Source: Candidatus Parcubacteria bacterium (GTDB lineage Bacteria; Patescibacteriota; Minisyncoccia; Phycocordibacterales; Zambryskibacteraceae). Taken from it: a DNA stretch of 64,000 nt. This document shows positions 45,401 to 53,718 of the stretch, piece by piece. The notes beneath the pieces are model-generated. The model was not told the origin of the DNA. It ran no database searches and saw nothing but the letters and a program-made list of their open reading frames with translations. Numbering within the stretch: position 1 is the first letter of the stretch; the number at the start of each line of letters is the position of its first letter. The position numbers and the translations under genes are program-made. Location of the stretch: positions 39,059 to 103,058 of the forward strand of contig JAIFWP010000002.1 in the NCBI GenBank assembly GCA_019661785.1, in the 5' to 3' direction.

Positions 45401-46142
45401 GGGCTTTTAAGATATTCCTCATGTCGGCGATGAGCGGGTCCTCTGCCTTGAGGTTCTCGTTGTACTTAGCCATGCCGGCGAAGGCGATTGTGGGATCCTT
45501 GTCTACCTGCGCGAGGGCCTTCAAGGCGGCCGTGTTCGAGAGGTACATGTTGGTGAGCTTCACATGGTCGTCGAGTATCGACGACGGAACAGCCATGCCG
45601 AGGAGCGCCTTGGATGCATGCTCGTACGCGGCGGCGAGCTTCAAAGATATGCCGGAGATGTCAGTGCCAGCGAGGCTCACTGCCGAGCCGCTATCAATCT
45701 TTGCTGCTGTGGCCATAGTCTCGTTCGTTAGGTCTGCCAAGGCATTGCCATAAGCTTTGAAGGCGCTCAAGCTATCGGGCACTATTTTTATGTCCGTAGC
45801 GTTTATAACTTTGGCCTGGGTAAGCGTTGGGAGGCTCTCTACGTACCTTGCCGCAAGGGCATTGATGTTCTCCTCAGTGGTTTGTCCGGTAGCGGCCAAG
45901 TTCATGTAGTCAGAGAGCATTTGTCTGCTGACAAGATCCGTAGTGCTGAGGTCCTCCTGCTTGGCTGGCAGAAGATCTGTAGAGCTTGCGGCCGCATAAG
46001 ATACGGCGGATCCGGAGCTTGGTGCTATGTCTATGGCTACTAGCACTGGAGGAGTCGACGACTCTGACCTGAAGCGGAGGAATCCGGCACCCAAAATGAG
46101 GAGGCCTGATAGGGAAAGAGCGGTCAAGATGCGAAATCGCAT
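45390..46142 (-). CDS. Secreted hypothetical protein, first gene of T4SS-like operon
   Basis: A 250-aa protein with a signal peptide and an alpha-helical sequence. It has no family assignment. Confidence 0.35.
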   Translation of the reverse strand: MRFRILTALSLSGLLILGAGFLRFRSESSTPPVLVAIDIAPSSGSAVSYAAASSTDLLPAKQEDLSTTDLVSRQMLSDYMNLAATGQTTEENINALAARYVESLPTLTQAKVINATDIKIVPDSLSAFKAYGNALADLTNETMATAAKIDSGSAVSLAGTDISGISLKLAAAYEHASKALLGMAVPSSILDDHVKLTNMYLSNTAALKALAQVDKDPTIAFAGMAKYNENLKAEDPLIADMRNILKAHGL

Positions 46143-46184
46143 ATTAACCCAAATTATATCAGAGATATATAGGCCCTTTGTCCT

Positions 46185-46991
46185 TTATACACACAAAATC
46201 TGCGCCAGTTTGCCCCAGGTTAAGAGCTGCACATCCTCGGCGCGCGCATTCTCATCCAAACCGAGTTTCGCAAACGCTTGAAGGACCGAATCTTTGGGGT
46301 AAATCCTGGCTAAGTTTGAAGAAAGCTTCTTCCTCTTCGAACTAAAGCCAGCATGGAGCATTTGGAAGAACTCTGGCTCAGTAAAGCCGTTAAAGAAGTC
46401 TTTAGAGATGTTTTCTATAAGCAAAATAGACGAGTCGACCTTAGGAGCGGGGGTAAATGAGCCTGCTTTGACAGTCTCTACGTACTTTGGCTTGCCATAA
46501 CACTTCACAGACAGAGATAGGATGCTCTCCTTGTCATCTCTGCCTTTTTCTCTAGTCACTATCCTTTCTGCCACTTCCTTTTGCACAAGGAGCACCACCC
46601 TCTCAGGCTCGTACTCGGCGCTTAAGAACTTCTCAAGTATCGCGCCAGTGATGTTGTATGGAATGTTCGCAACAAGTTTATAAGTTAGGTCTTTGTAGAA
46701 CCTTAAGACCTCAGGGTCGAAGTCGAGTATGTCGCCATGTATTAAATCAAGTTTGCCTTGAGCAATCTCATCTTTGAATCTTCCACTCAGTTCCTCGTGT
46801 AATGCATCATCTTTTTCTACCGCTATCACTTTAGCGGCAAAGGTGAGAAGGATTTTGGTGAGCACTCCCTCGCCTGGGCCGATTTCCAATATCAAATCAT
46901 CGCCCTTAGGGTCAGAGGCATCTCGTATGGAGCTAAGAGCCCTTTCACTTCGCAAAAAGTGCTGCCCCAGTGATTTTTTGGCATATACCAT
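46185..46991 (-). CDS. rsmA: 16S rRNA (adenine1518/1519-N6)-dimethyltransferase RsmA/KsgA
   Basis: Carries QHFL, the SAM-binding motif LEIGPGEGVLT, and NIPYNI. Confidence 0.85.
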   Translation of the reverse strand: MVYAKKSLGQHFLRSERALSSIRDASDPKGDDLILEIGPGEGVLTKILLTFAAKVIAVEKDDALHEELSGRFKDEIAQGKLDLIHGDILDFDPEVLRFYKDLTYKLVANIPYNITGAILEKFLSAEYEPERVVLLVQKEVAERIVTREKGRDDKESILSLSVKCYGKPKYVETVKAGSFTPAPKVDSSILLIENISKDFFNGFTEPEFFQMLHAGFSSKRKKLSSNLARIYPKDSVLQAFAKLGLDENARAEDVQLLTWGKLAQILCV

Positions 46992-46992
46992 A

Positions 46993-48969
46993 CTAGAAGT
47001 CTATCTCAAGCAAGGGGCGGCGTCTCTTGTCGGGCCTTGGCATGTCGGCCTCGTCGAAGGCGACCTCCTCCGTAAGCTCTGGCGGCACATCGAAGATAAA
47101 TTCGGACGGAATGTTTACCTCTCTTTGGCCGAAGACTGTGCGCACTTGGGCGTAGGAGAGGAATATCTTCTTCCTCGCTCGAGTGAGTGCAACGTAGAAG
47201 AGCCTGCGCTCCTCCTCCGCCTCCTCCGCTGTGATGCCGTCCCTTGTCACTTTGTGATGCGGGAAGAGTCCGTCCTCAAGCCCTGTCACGAAAACTGTAT
47301 CGAACTCGAGACCCTTAGAGGCGTGCACGGTCATAAGTCTTACGCCCTTCTTCTCCTTCTTGCCGTCTTGGTCGAGCTCGTCTTGGTCACTCTGGAGCGC
47401 CGCGTCAGAGAGGAAGGTCTCAATACCAACCTCAGGCTCGAGATGGTCATAGCGCGCGGCGAAGGCCGAGAGCTCGTAGGCGTTCTCAAGTCGGTCTAAG
47501 TCGTCGTCCTTGCCCTGCTTCCACTCTGCTTCCATGCCGCTCGCCGTGATAATGAATGCGACAGTCTCCGATGGTCTCGCGCTCTTGGCTTTGTCTGCAA
47601 TGTCCGCGAGGAGTTTCCTGAAGTTATTTATCTTCGACCTAGTACCTGCCGGGAGAGAGGCCTCGTCCTTGGCGAAGACCTTGGCTACCGTGGCTTTGCC
47701 AATCCCCCGCGCAGGCACATTGATAACTCGCTTTATGTCGGCCAAGCAGTCTGGATTTAGCGCTGCTCGCAGGTACGAGAGCACATCCTTAATCTCTCTG
47801 CGCTCGAAGAAGCGCGTACCAAGGAGCTGATATGGGATTTGTCGCTCGAGGAAGGCTTCCTCCAAGACTCTCGACTGGAAGTTCGCTCTATAGAGCACAG
47901 CTATCTCCTCGCTCGGAGTGCCAGCGCGCAGCTCGGCCTGAGCTCTCTCTGCCACAAAACCTGCCTCAGAGACTTCGTCGAAGCCGGTGTAGAGACCTAT
48001 CTTCTCCCCTGCTCCTTGCGAGGTGAAGAGGTTCTTCTTAACTCTAATCTTGTTCTTCTCGATGACAGCATTCGCGGCGTCGAGGATGTTCTTGCTCGAA
48101 CGGTAGTTCTCCTCAAGAAGGATGACTTTGGCGGCGGGGAAATCCTTCTCGAACTTGAGGATATTCTGGATATCAGCTCCGCGCCAAGAGTAGATGTTCT
48201 GGTCTATGTCGCCCACCACGCAGAGATTCTCCGCCTCTCCAACGAGAAGCCGCGCTATCTCGTACTGCACTTTGTTCGTATCTTGGTACTCGTCGATGTG
48301 GACGTACTGCCAGACCTTCCTGTAGTAGTCGCGTACCTCCGGGTTGCCGCGCAAGAGGCGCACAGTTTTCAAGAGGAGATCGTCGAAGTCGAGAGCGTTC
48401 GACTCCTTGAGAGCCTTCTCATACTCGCGCCAAATGTCGACGACCACTCCGGAGAAGTATCCTCCTTCGGCATGAGCCGCGTACTCCTCTACCACGGTGT
48501 CGCGGCCCTTCTCCTTCGAGATGATGGAGAGTATGCGCTCGGGCTCGTGAGTCTTAGGGTCAAGTCCTTGGTTTACGAGGGCCTCCTTAACAGCGCGCTT
48601 GGCGTCGTCTTTGTCAAAGATAGTAAAGTGCCGTCTCAAGCCTATCCTGTGACCCTGCTCCCTTAGAATGTGTACTCCAAGAGAGTGGAAGGTCGAGAGG
48701 AAGGGACGCTCGTTCATCGACACGGGCCTGTTCAACCCCTTGTCCTCGTCTAGCATCCGCCCGACTCTCTCGCGCATCTCTTTGGCCGCCTTGTTTGTGA
48801 AGGTGATGGCGAGGATAGAGGACGCGGCAACACCCTTGTATATGAGGTGTCGGATGCGCTCAGCAATGGTCTTTGTCTTCCCTGCCCCGGCGCCAGCCAG
48901 TATGAGCAAGGGGCCCTCCGTGGCCTCTACTGCCTCCCTTTGTTTAGCGTTCAAATGGCTAAAATCCAT
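46993..48969 (-). CDS. pcrA: ATP-dependent DNA helicase PcrA/UvrD family
   Basis: Carries Walker A AGAGAGKTKT, motif II VDEYQDTN, and the remaining SF1 helicase motifs. Confidence 0.85.
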   Translation of the reverse strand: MDFSHLNAKQREAVEATEGPLLILAGAGAGKTKTIAERIRHLIYKGVAASSILAITFTNKAAKEMRERVGRMLDEDKGLNRPVSMNERPFLSTFHSLGVHILREQGHRIGLRRHFTIFDKDDAKRAVKEALVNQGLDPKTHEPERILSIISKEKGRDTVVEEYAAHAEGGYFSGVVVDIWREYEKALKESNALDFDDLLLKTVRLLRGNPEVRDYYRKVWQYVHIDEYQDTNKVQYEIARLLVGEAENLCVVGDIDQNIYSWRGADIQNILKFEKDFPAAKVILLEENYRSSKNILDAANAVIEKNKIRVKKNLFTSQGAGEKIGLYTGFDEVSEAGFVAERAQAELRAGTPSEEIAVLYRANFQSRVLEEAFLERQIPYQLLGTRFFERREIKDVLSYLRAALNPDCLADIKRVINVPARGIGKATVAKVFAKDEASLPAGTRSKINNFRKLLADIADKAKSARPSETVAFIITASGMEAEWKQGKDDDLDRLENAYELSAFAARYDHLEPEVGIETFLSDAALQSDQDELDQDGKKEKKGVRLMTVHASKGLEFDTVFVTGLEDGLFPHHKVTRDGITAEEAEEERRLFYVALTRARKKIFLSYAQVRTVFGQREVNIPSEFIFDVPPELTEEVAFDEADMPRPDKRRRPLLEIDF

Positions 48970-49007
48970 ATATTTAGGGCTATTATATCACACCTCTAAT
49001 TTTCTCC

Positions 49008-49035
49008 TTGACAAACTCATCTATTATGATATAAT
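49008..49035 (+). promoter_or_regulatory. Consensus sigma70 promoter of GC-rich lipoprotein gene
   Basis: TTGACA at 49008-49013 is separated by a 16-nt spacer from TATAAT at 49030-49035. A strong SD AGGAGGG follows at 49071-49077. Confidence 0.55.
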
Positions 49036-49081
49036 GGTAGAAGGACCGTTGTTTGGCAAATCACCATCTCAGGAGGGCCCC

Positions 49082-49855
49082 ATGAACATCCGTTTTCTCG
49101 CTGTTGCGTCACTTGCTCTACTCATCGCCGCCTGCTCCTCCAAGGAGCCCGCACCGATGTCGCAGGCCGCTCCCGTCGACTCTGTCGTTCCCTCCTCGGC
49201 ACCCGCCGTGGACTCCGCCAGGATCCGGCATGAGCGGGAAATCCGTTCCGAGTATGCCGATCTGATCCGCAAGGACAGCATCGCCGACGCTCCGGCAGTT
49301 CGCGAAATCGCCCTCGGCCTCAATGCAGAGCGCGCGTGGACTGGCCGCAGTTTCTGCCAGCGGTACGAGCGGACTCACAGGTGGGCACGTCTCAGAAACG
49401 ACCTCGCTTCGTCGCCCGCCCTCGCAACATGGCTCCAGATCAGCCGGGAGGAGGTGCGGCGCCATTACATTGCCAACGTCAAAGCCATCGCACCGATGCT
49501 TCTCTCACAGGAGGGCAAGCGGTCATCCGAGTTTTTGGACAATTACTACATCTACTCGGAATGCGATGGAGAGATGCTCGACGTGATGGAAAAGGTGATG
49601 AGCTGGGTGCTCGATTCCGGACTCGAACCGGCGACTCTTGGCTTGACTCGTCAGGCTGTCCGCGCCAAAGCGGCCGGCATCTTCGCGAGAGAGGTCCGCG
49701 GCGCACTCAAGCAGGGCGACTACGGCCTCGTGAACTGCCACTGCGAGAGCTCGATTCCTTTTTATTTCGATGAGTACAAGTTTACTCGTCGGGAGCTCGG
49801 TTTTACCGAGAAGGAATGGTCGCTGACTCTGAATGACAGCACCAAGAAGTCCTGA
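49082..49855 (+). CDS. Hypothetical lipoprotein (GC-rich, foreign-looking)
   Basis: It starts MNIRFLAVASLALLIAAC, a lipobox. The ORF track begins at 48668 inside pcrA, so the internal ATG at 49082 is preferred. The gene has high G+C and CGG/CGC Arg codons, with no ATA codons. Confidence 0.55.
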   Translation: MNIRFLAVASLALLIAACSSKEPAPMSQAAPVDSVVPSSAPAVDSARIRHEREIRSEYADLIRKDSIADAPAVREIALGLNAERAWTGRSFCQRYERTHRWARLRNDLASSPALATWLQISREEVRRHYIANVKAIAPMLLSQEGKRSSEFLDNYYIYSECDGEMLDVMEKVMSWVLDSGLEPATLGLTRQAVRAKAAGIFAREVRGALKQGDYGLVNCHCESSIPFYFDEYKFTRRELGFTEKEWSLTLNDSTKKS

Positions 49856-49873
49856 GCGCATCGCTCAGGCATA

Positions 49874-49910
49874 GGGTCCAGGAACTACACGTTCCTGGAC
49901 CCTTTCTCAT
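49874..49910 (+). terminator. Rho-independent terminator
   Basis: A perfect 12-bp stem gggtccaggaac / gttcctggaccc with a tacac loop, followed by TTTCTCATTGTTTATT. Confidence 0.7.
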
Positions 49911-49945
49911 TGTTTATTCGGTATAAATAAGGACATAAAACCTGG

Positions 49946-49973
49946 TTGCCTGGCTAGGTGGATGAGGTATAAT
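49946..49973 (+). promoter_or_regulatory. Putative promoter of LysM-M23 peptidase gene
   Basis: TTGCCT is separated by a 16-nt spacer from TATAAT at 49968-49973. Confidence 0.4.
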
Positions 49974-50098
49974 AGATACCTACCGCAAAGGAGCCCTGAC
50001 CGCCCGACCAAATACAAGTTTAACCCTCGTTTATCTCTAAGTTTCCACAATTTGATACCTCTAAGTCACGCGTTAGCCTCATTGTCGGGCTTTTTCTT

Positions 50099-51112
50099 TT
50101 GGTCTCTATTGTAGGGGCGGCTGAGGCTCGAGCTCAGGGGGACAAATTCGCGAAGCTCCCCAATATCATCACGAGCCAGACCTCGCAGACTATGCCTCTC
50201 CTTGAGGCTCATTTGAACTATAACCCCGTAGCCTCGGCTGGAGGCAAGCTCGCCGTCGTCGACAATAGCGCCCTAGAGCCTCTTACCATAGACAGCGGGG
50301 ACACCTTCGCCGATGCGGGGCAGAACGGAGGCCAGATCTCGACATACATAGTTAAGGAGGGCGATACCCTATCGAGCATCGCCAAGCTCTTCGGCGTCTC
50401 GCAGAACACCATCGTCTGGGCGAACAATGTGAAGGGCGGGCGCATCACTCCTGGCCAAGAGCTCGTCATCTTGCCGATCTCCGGCGTGCGCCACACTGTG
50501 GTTAGAGGTGACACCATCGCTACTCTCGCCAAGAAGTACAATGCCGATGTAGGCGACATCCTTTCATACAACGGTTTGGCCTCTGATGCCAAGCTTACAG
50601 CAGGCGACATCATCATAGTCCCCGATGGTGAAATAGGTTCGATACCAAGCACTCCTGCCGGCAGCAAGCCGGGCGTGTGCGGCATCAAAGTCTCTACTTA
50701 CGAACGACTCCTGGTTAACCCTTGTAGCCTCCCTTCCTATCCTGGCTACTTTGCGAGACCTCTTGCCGGAGGCATCAAATCTCAGGACCTCCATGGCTAT
50801 AACGCTATAGACTTTGCGGTTCCACAGGGCACGCCTATCATGGCGGCTGCAGCTGGTACTGTTATCGTCTCCCGCACTGGCGGATACAACGGCGGCTACG
50901 GCACGTATGTAGTTATAAGCCATCCTAACGGTACCCAGACTCTCTATGCTCACATGAGCGTTAACGGCATGACTCTGGGTCAGAAGGTCACTCAAGGCCA
51001 GGTTATCGGTGCTATTGGTTCGACTGGCAAGTCTACCGGCGCCCATCTCCACATCGAAGTCCGCGGCGCCCATCTCCACATCGAAGTCCGCGGCGCCAAG
51101 AATCCGTTCTAA
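50099..51112 (+). CDS. LysM-domain M23-family peptidoglycan endopeptidase
   Basis: It has two LysM repeats (YIVKEGDTLSSIAKLFGV, HTVVRGDTIATLAKKY) and an M23 domain with HxxxD, ending in HLHIEVR. The annotated start is TTG. Confidence 0.7.
   Translation: MVSIVGAAEARAQGDKFAKLPNIITSQTSQTMPLLEAHLNYNPVASAGGKLAVVDNSALEPLTIDSGDTFADAGQNGGQISTYIVKEGDTLSSIAKLFGVSQNTIVWANNVKGGRITPGQELVILPISGVRHTVVRGDTIATLAKKYNADVGDILSYNGLASDAKLTAGDIIIVPDGEIGSIPSTPAGSKPGVCGIKVSTYERLLVNPCSLPSYPGYFARPLAGGIKSQDLHGYNAIDFAVPQGTPIMAAAAGTVIVSRTGGYNGGYGTYVVISHPNGTQTLYAHMSVNGMTLGQKVTQGQVIGAIGSTGKSTGAHLHIEVRGAHLHIEVRGAKNPF
51038..51097. repeat. Perfect 27-bp tandem duplication (2 copies plus 6 nt) inside M23 peptidase gene
   Basis: ggcgcccatctccacatcgaagtccgc occurs at 51038-51064 and again at 51065-51091. 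This encodes GAHLHIEVR twice, in frame. Confidence 0.85.
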
Positions 51113-51756
51113 ACGAAGTTCACTAGGACATTTAATACGAAGGCTAAGGTGAGGTGCGCCACCACTCCTGGCAGTACGGACTTTGTTCTATAGGTGATGA
51201 AAGTAAATATAAGACCTATTACGAAGGCCCAAAGTACTTCCGTAAGAGGCTTCCCTATATGGAGGAGGGCGAAGATGAGGTTAGATATCCATAAGGCGTG
51301 GTACTTGTATCTGTCCCAAAGGCCAAAGAAGAGGAATCCGGTGAAGATGAACCCCTCAGCCAAGTAATATATTGCTCCAAGTAGGACTGTGAGTAATAGG
51401 AAAAGCCCAAACCCCTGTTTGACCGCATAGTACTCTTGGAAGGCAGGCTGCTTCGACAGCCCCACTACGATAGTAGCGAGGGTGAGCTTCACAGCCTCAG
51501 ACATATTCTCTGGCAATCGCAGGCCAAAGTCCCGCAGAGGTCTGCGGAAGACGAATTTTATAATGAGAGCGGGCACCACAAGCATGAGGACAAGCGCTCC
51601 GAGCGCCTCGGCTACGTAGTCCGAAGCATCGCCCTTGGCAAATATGTGATGTGAAAGGCCGTATATGACAGGCCAGTTGCTATAGAAGGCTAAAACCGAG
51701 GCCATTATTATGAGCGGCAGCGGTTTTTGAAGCCAAGTTCTTACTTTGTGCTGCAT
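51109..51756 (-). CDS. CPBP-family intramembrane metalloprotease (CAAX protease/Abi domain)
   Basis: Carries EGFIFTGF (EExxFRG-like), NLIFALLH, and HLTLAFVLN on a multi-TM scaffold. Confidence 0.5.
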   Translation of the reverse strand: MQHKVRTWLQKPLPLIIMASVLAFYSNWPVIYGLSHHIFAKGDASDYVAEALGALVLMLVVPALIIKFVFRRPLRDFGLRLPENMSEAVKLTLATIVVGLSKQPAFQEYYAVKQGFGLFLLLTVLLGAIYYLAEGFIFTGFLFFGLWDRYKYHALWISNLIFALLHIGKPLTEVLWAFVIGLIFTFITYRTKSVLPGVVAHLTLAFVLNVLVNFV

Positions 51757-51761
51757 GTGTA

Positions 51762-53303
51762 TTACATATCAAACTTCTTTGGTCTATATTCTACCGCCTC
51801 GAGGATGTGGTCGCGGGAGACCTCGGGCGACCCCTCGAGATCAGCGATGGTCCGAGCCACTTTGAGCATGCGGTGATAGACGCGAGGGCTAAAGCCGAGC
51901 CGCTCGGCCGCCATGTTCAAGGTCTGCCTCGCCTCTGGCTTCAATGGGACGAAGTTTATGATGTCGCGCGCGCTCATCTCGGAGTTCTTGCCGGCCTTGG
52001 ACTTGAGCTTCTCAAATCTCGCTCGCTGGAGCTCTCTCGCATCGGTCACCTTCTGTCTAAAGAGATGGCTTGCTGCGCCGTCGGGTCCCTCGGAGAGGTC
52101 TCTTGGCAGCACCCTATCTACCTCAAGCCACAAGTCTATGCGGTCGACGATAGGTCCAGACATCTTCCTTCTGTATCTTTGCAAAGCGCCTGGGCTGCAG
52201 ACGCATTGCTTGCCGCGGAAGCCGAAGTTCCCGCATGGGCATGGGTTCATGGCTGCTATGAGGATGACATCCGCTGGGAAGCGCACTGTGCCCTTGGCGC
52301 GCGAGACTGAGATGATCTTGTCCTCAAGCGGTTGGCGCAAGCTCTCAATGACCCGCCTCTCAAACTCTGGGAACTCGTCCATGAAGAGGACTCCCCTGTG
52401 CGCGAGCGTGACCTCGCCTGGCTTGGGAGTCGCGCCTCCGCCTACGAGCGATACATATGAGGCTGTGTGGTGAGGCGAGCGGAAGGGCGGCTCAGTGACG
52501 AAGCCGGAGAGTATTCCTGCGACTGAGTATATGGAAGTAGCTTCAAGAGCTTCATCAAAGGTTAGCTCAGGCAGGATGCCGGCGAAGGCCTTGGCGAGCA
52601 TGGTCTTGCCAGTGCCAGGCGGTCCGTACATGGAGACGTTATGCCCGCCCGCGGCAGCTATGAGGAGACCGCGCTTAGCCCGCTCTTGTCCTCGCACATC
52701 GGCGAAGTCGACCGAAGTACGCTCGCGACTCTTGCCGAAGGCAGTTTTGGCCTGCTTCTTAATGAGCTTCTCCCCCGATAGGTGCTTCAGGAGTTCTCCA
52801 AGAGACTCTACACCGTACACATCGAGGCCTTCGATAAGTGCGGCCTCCTTGGCATTGTCCTTGGGCACATACATTTCTTTGTAGCCCTTCTCTTTGGCAA
52901 ATTTGGCCACTGGCAATACTCCGCGCACGGCCCTAAGCCCTCCGTCGAGAGAGAGTTCGCCCAAGAAGAGTTTGCTCTTAGGGTTGAAGTCTACATCCTC
53001 CGCGGCCAGAAGGTACGAGAGAGCAATGGCGAGGTCGAAGGCGGCACCCTCCTTCTTTTCGTTTGCCGGAGCTAGAGAGATAACTATCTTCTGGTTCTTC
53101 TGCTTGGGACTCGTTAAGCCAGAATTTTTAATAGCGGCCCCTACCCTGTCCTTGGCTTCCTCAACAGCTTGGTCAGGCAGGCCGATAACGGAGAAGGCAT
53201 ACAGTCCGCGCGAGAGGTCAGTCTCGACCTCAACGGCATATACGCTAAGTAAATTAGTTTGCGCACTCGTAACCTTTGAAACACTCATCAAAATATTGTA
53301 CAC
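51762..53303 (-). CDS. comM: YifB/ComM-family Mg-chelatase-like AAA ATPase
   Basis: An N-terminal Lon-like domain, then Walker A YGPPGTGKTMLAKA and Walker B VLFMDEFPEF, then a C-terminal domain. Confidence 0.85.
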   Translation of the reverse strand: MYNILMSVSKVTSAQTNLLSVYAVEVETDLSRGLYAFSVIGLPDQAVEEAKDRVGAAIKNSGLTSPKQKNQKIVISLAPANEKKEGAAFDLAIALSYLLAAEDVDFNPKSKLFLGELSLDGGLRAVRGVLPVAKFAKEKGYKEMYVPKDNAKEAALIEGLDVYGVESLGELLKHLSGEKLIKKQAKTAFGKSRERTSVDFADVRGQERAKRGLLIAAAGGHNVSMYGPPGTGKTMLAKAFAGILPELTFDEALEATSIYSVAGILSGFVTEPPFRSPHHTASYVSLVGGGATPKPGEVTLAHRGVLFMDEFPEFERRVIESLRQPLEDKIISVSRAKGTVRFPADVILIAAMNPCPCGNFGFRGKQCVCSPGALQRYRRKMSGPIVDRIDLWLEVDRVLPRDLSEGPDGAASHLFRQKVTDARELQRARFEKLKSKAGKNSEMSARDIINFVPLKPEARQTLNMAAERLGFSPRVYHRMLKVARTIADLEGSPEVSRDHILEAVEYRPKKFDM

Positions 53304-53341
53304 CCAAGCTCATCATTAGGATGACGAGTTTACGAGTCAGT

Positions 53342-53707
53342 TTATAGAGAGTTGATGTGCTCTTTGCAGGTTCTGGCGGCGGGGTTGGCTTCGAGGCGGT
53401 CTTGTTCGATTTCCTTTTTGCATATTTGGCAGATGCCGAAGACGTTGTGCTTCATCTTGTCGAGGCCGCTCCTCACGTCATTCAATCGCTTCTCTAGTGC
53501 GCTCGCTATGGCGGCGTTGTCCTCGTACTCCTCTATAGCATCGGCAACCACGTTCTCGTCGGCTTGAGAGCCCTCATGCTCGTTCGGCATTGGTATCCAC
53601 TCCGAAGGGTTGGTGGGGTTCTTCCTCGCTACGCGGGAGAGCTCTTGCTCGAGCCGCGCCTGCTCTTCTTCAAGCTTAGCCTTGAAGTGCTCTATATTAG
53701 TTGTCAT
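53342..53707 (-). CDS. DksA/TraR-family C4 zinc-finger protein
   Basis: The coiled-coil N-terminus and CQICKKEI...CKEH C-terminus form a C4 zinc finger. Confidence 0.55.
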   Translation of the reverse strand: MTTNIEHFKAKLEEEQARLEQELSRVARKNPTNPSEWIPMPNEHEGSQADENVVADAIEEYEDNAAIASALEKRLNDVRSGLDKMKHNVFGICQICKKEIEQDRLEANPAARTCKEHINSL

Positions 53708-53718
53708 TGGCTATAAGT

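Noticed and set aside
47839-48666. 275-aa plus-strand ORF antisense to pcrA, and 49336-49773 antisense to the lipoprotein gene
   Set aside because: These are antisense frames within strongly supported genes, with Leu/Arg/Val-rich, compositionally biased translations.
48668-49081. 5' extension of the plus-strand lipoprotein ORF reaching 300 nt into pcrA
   Set aside because: It has no coding signal and overlaps a well-supported helicase gene. A consensus promoter, an SD and a lipoprotein signal peptide all point to the internal ATG at 49082.
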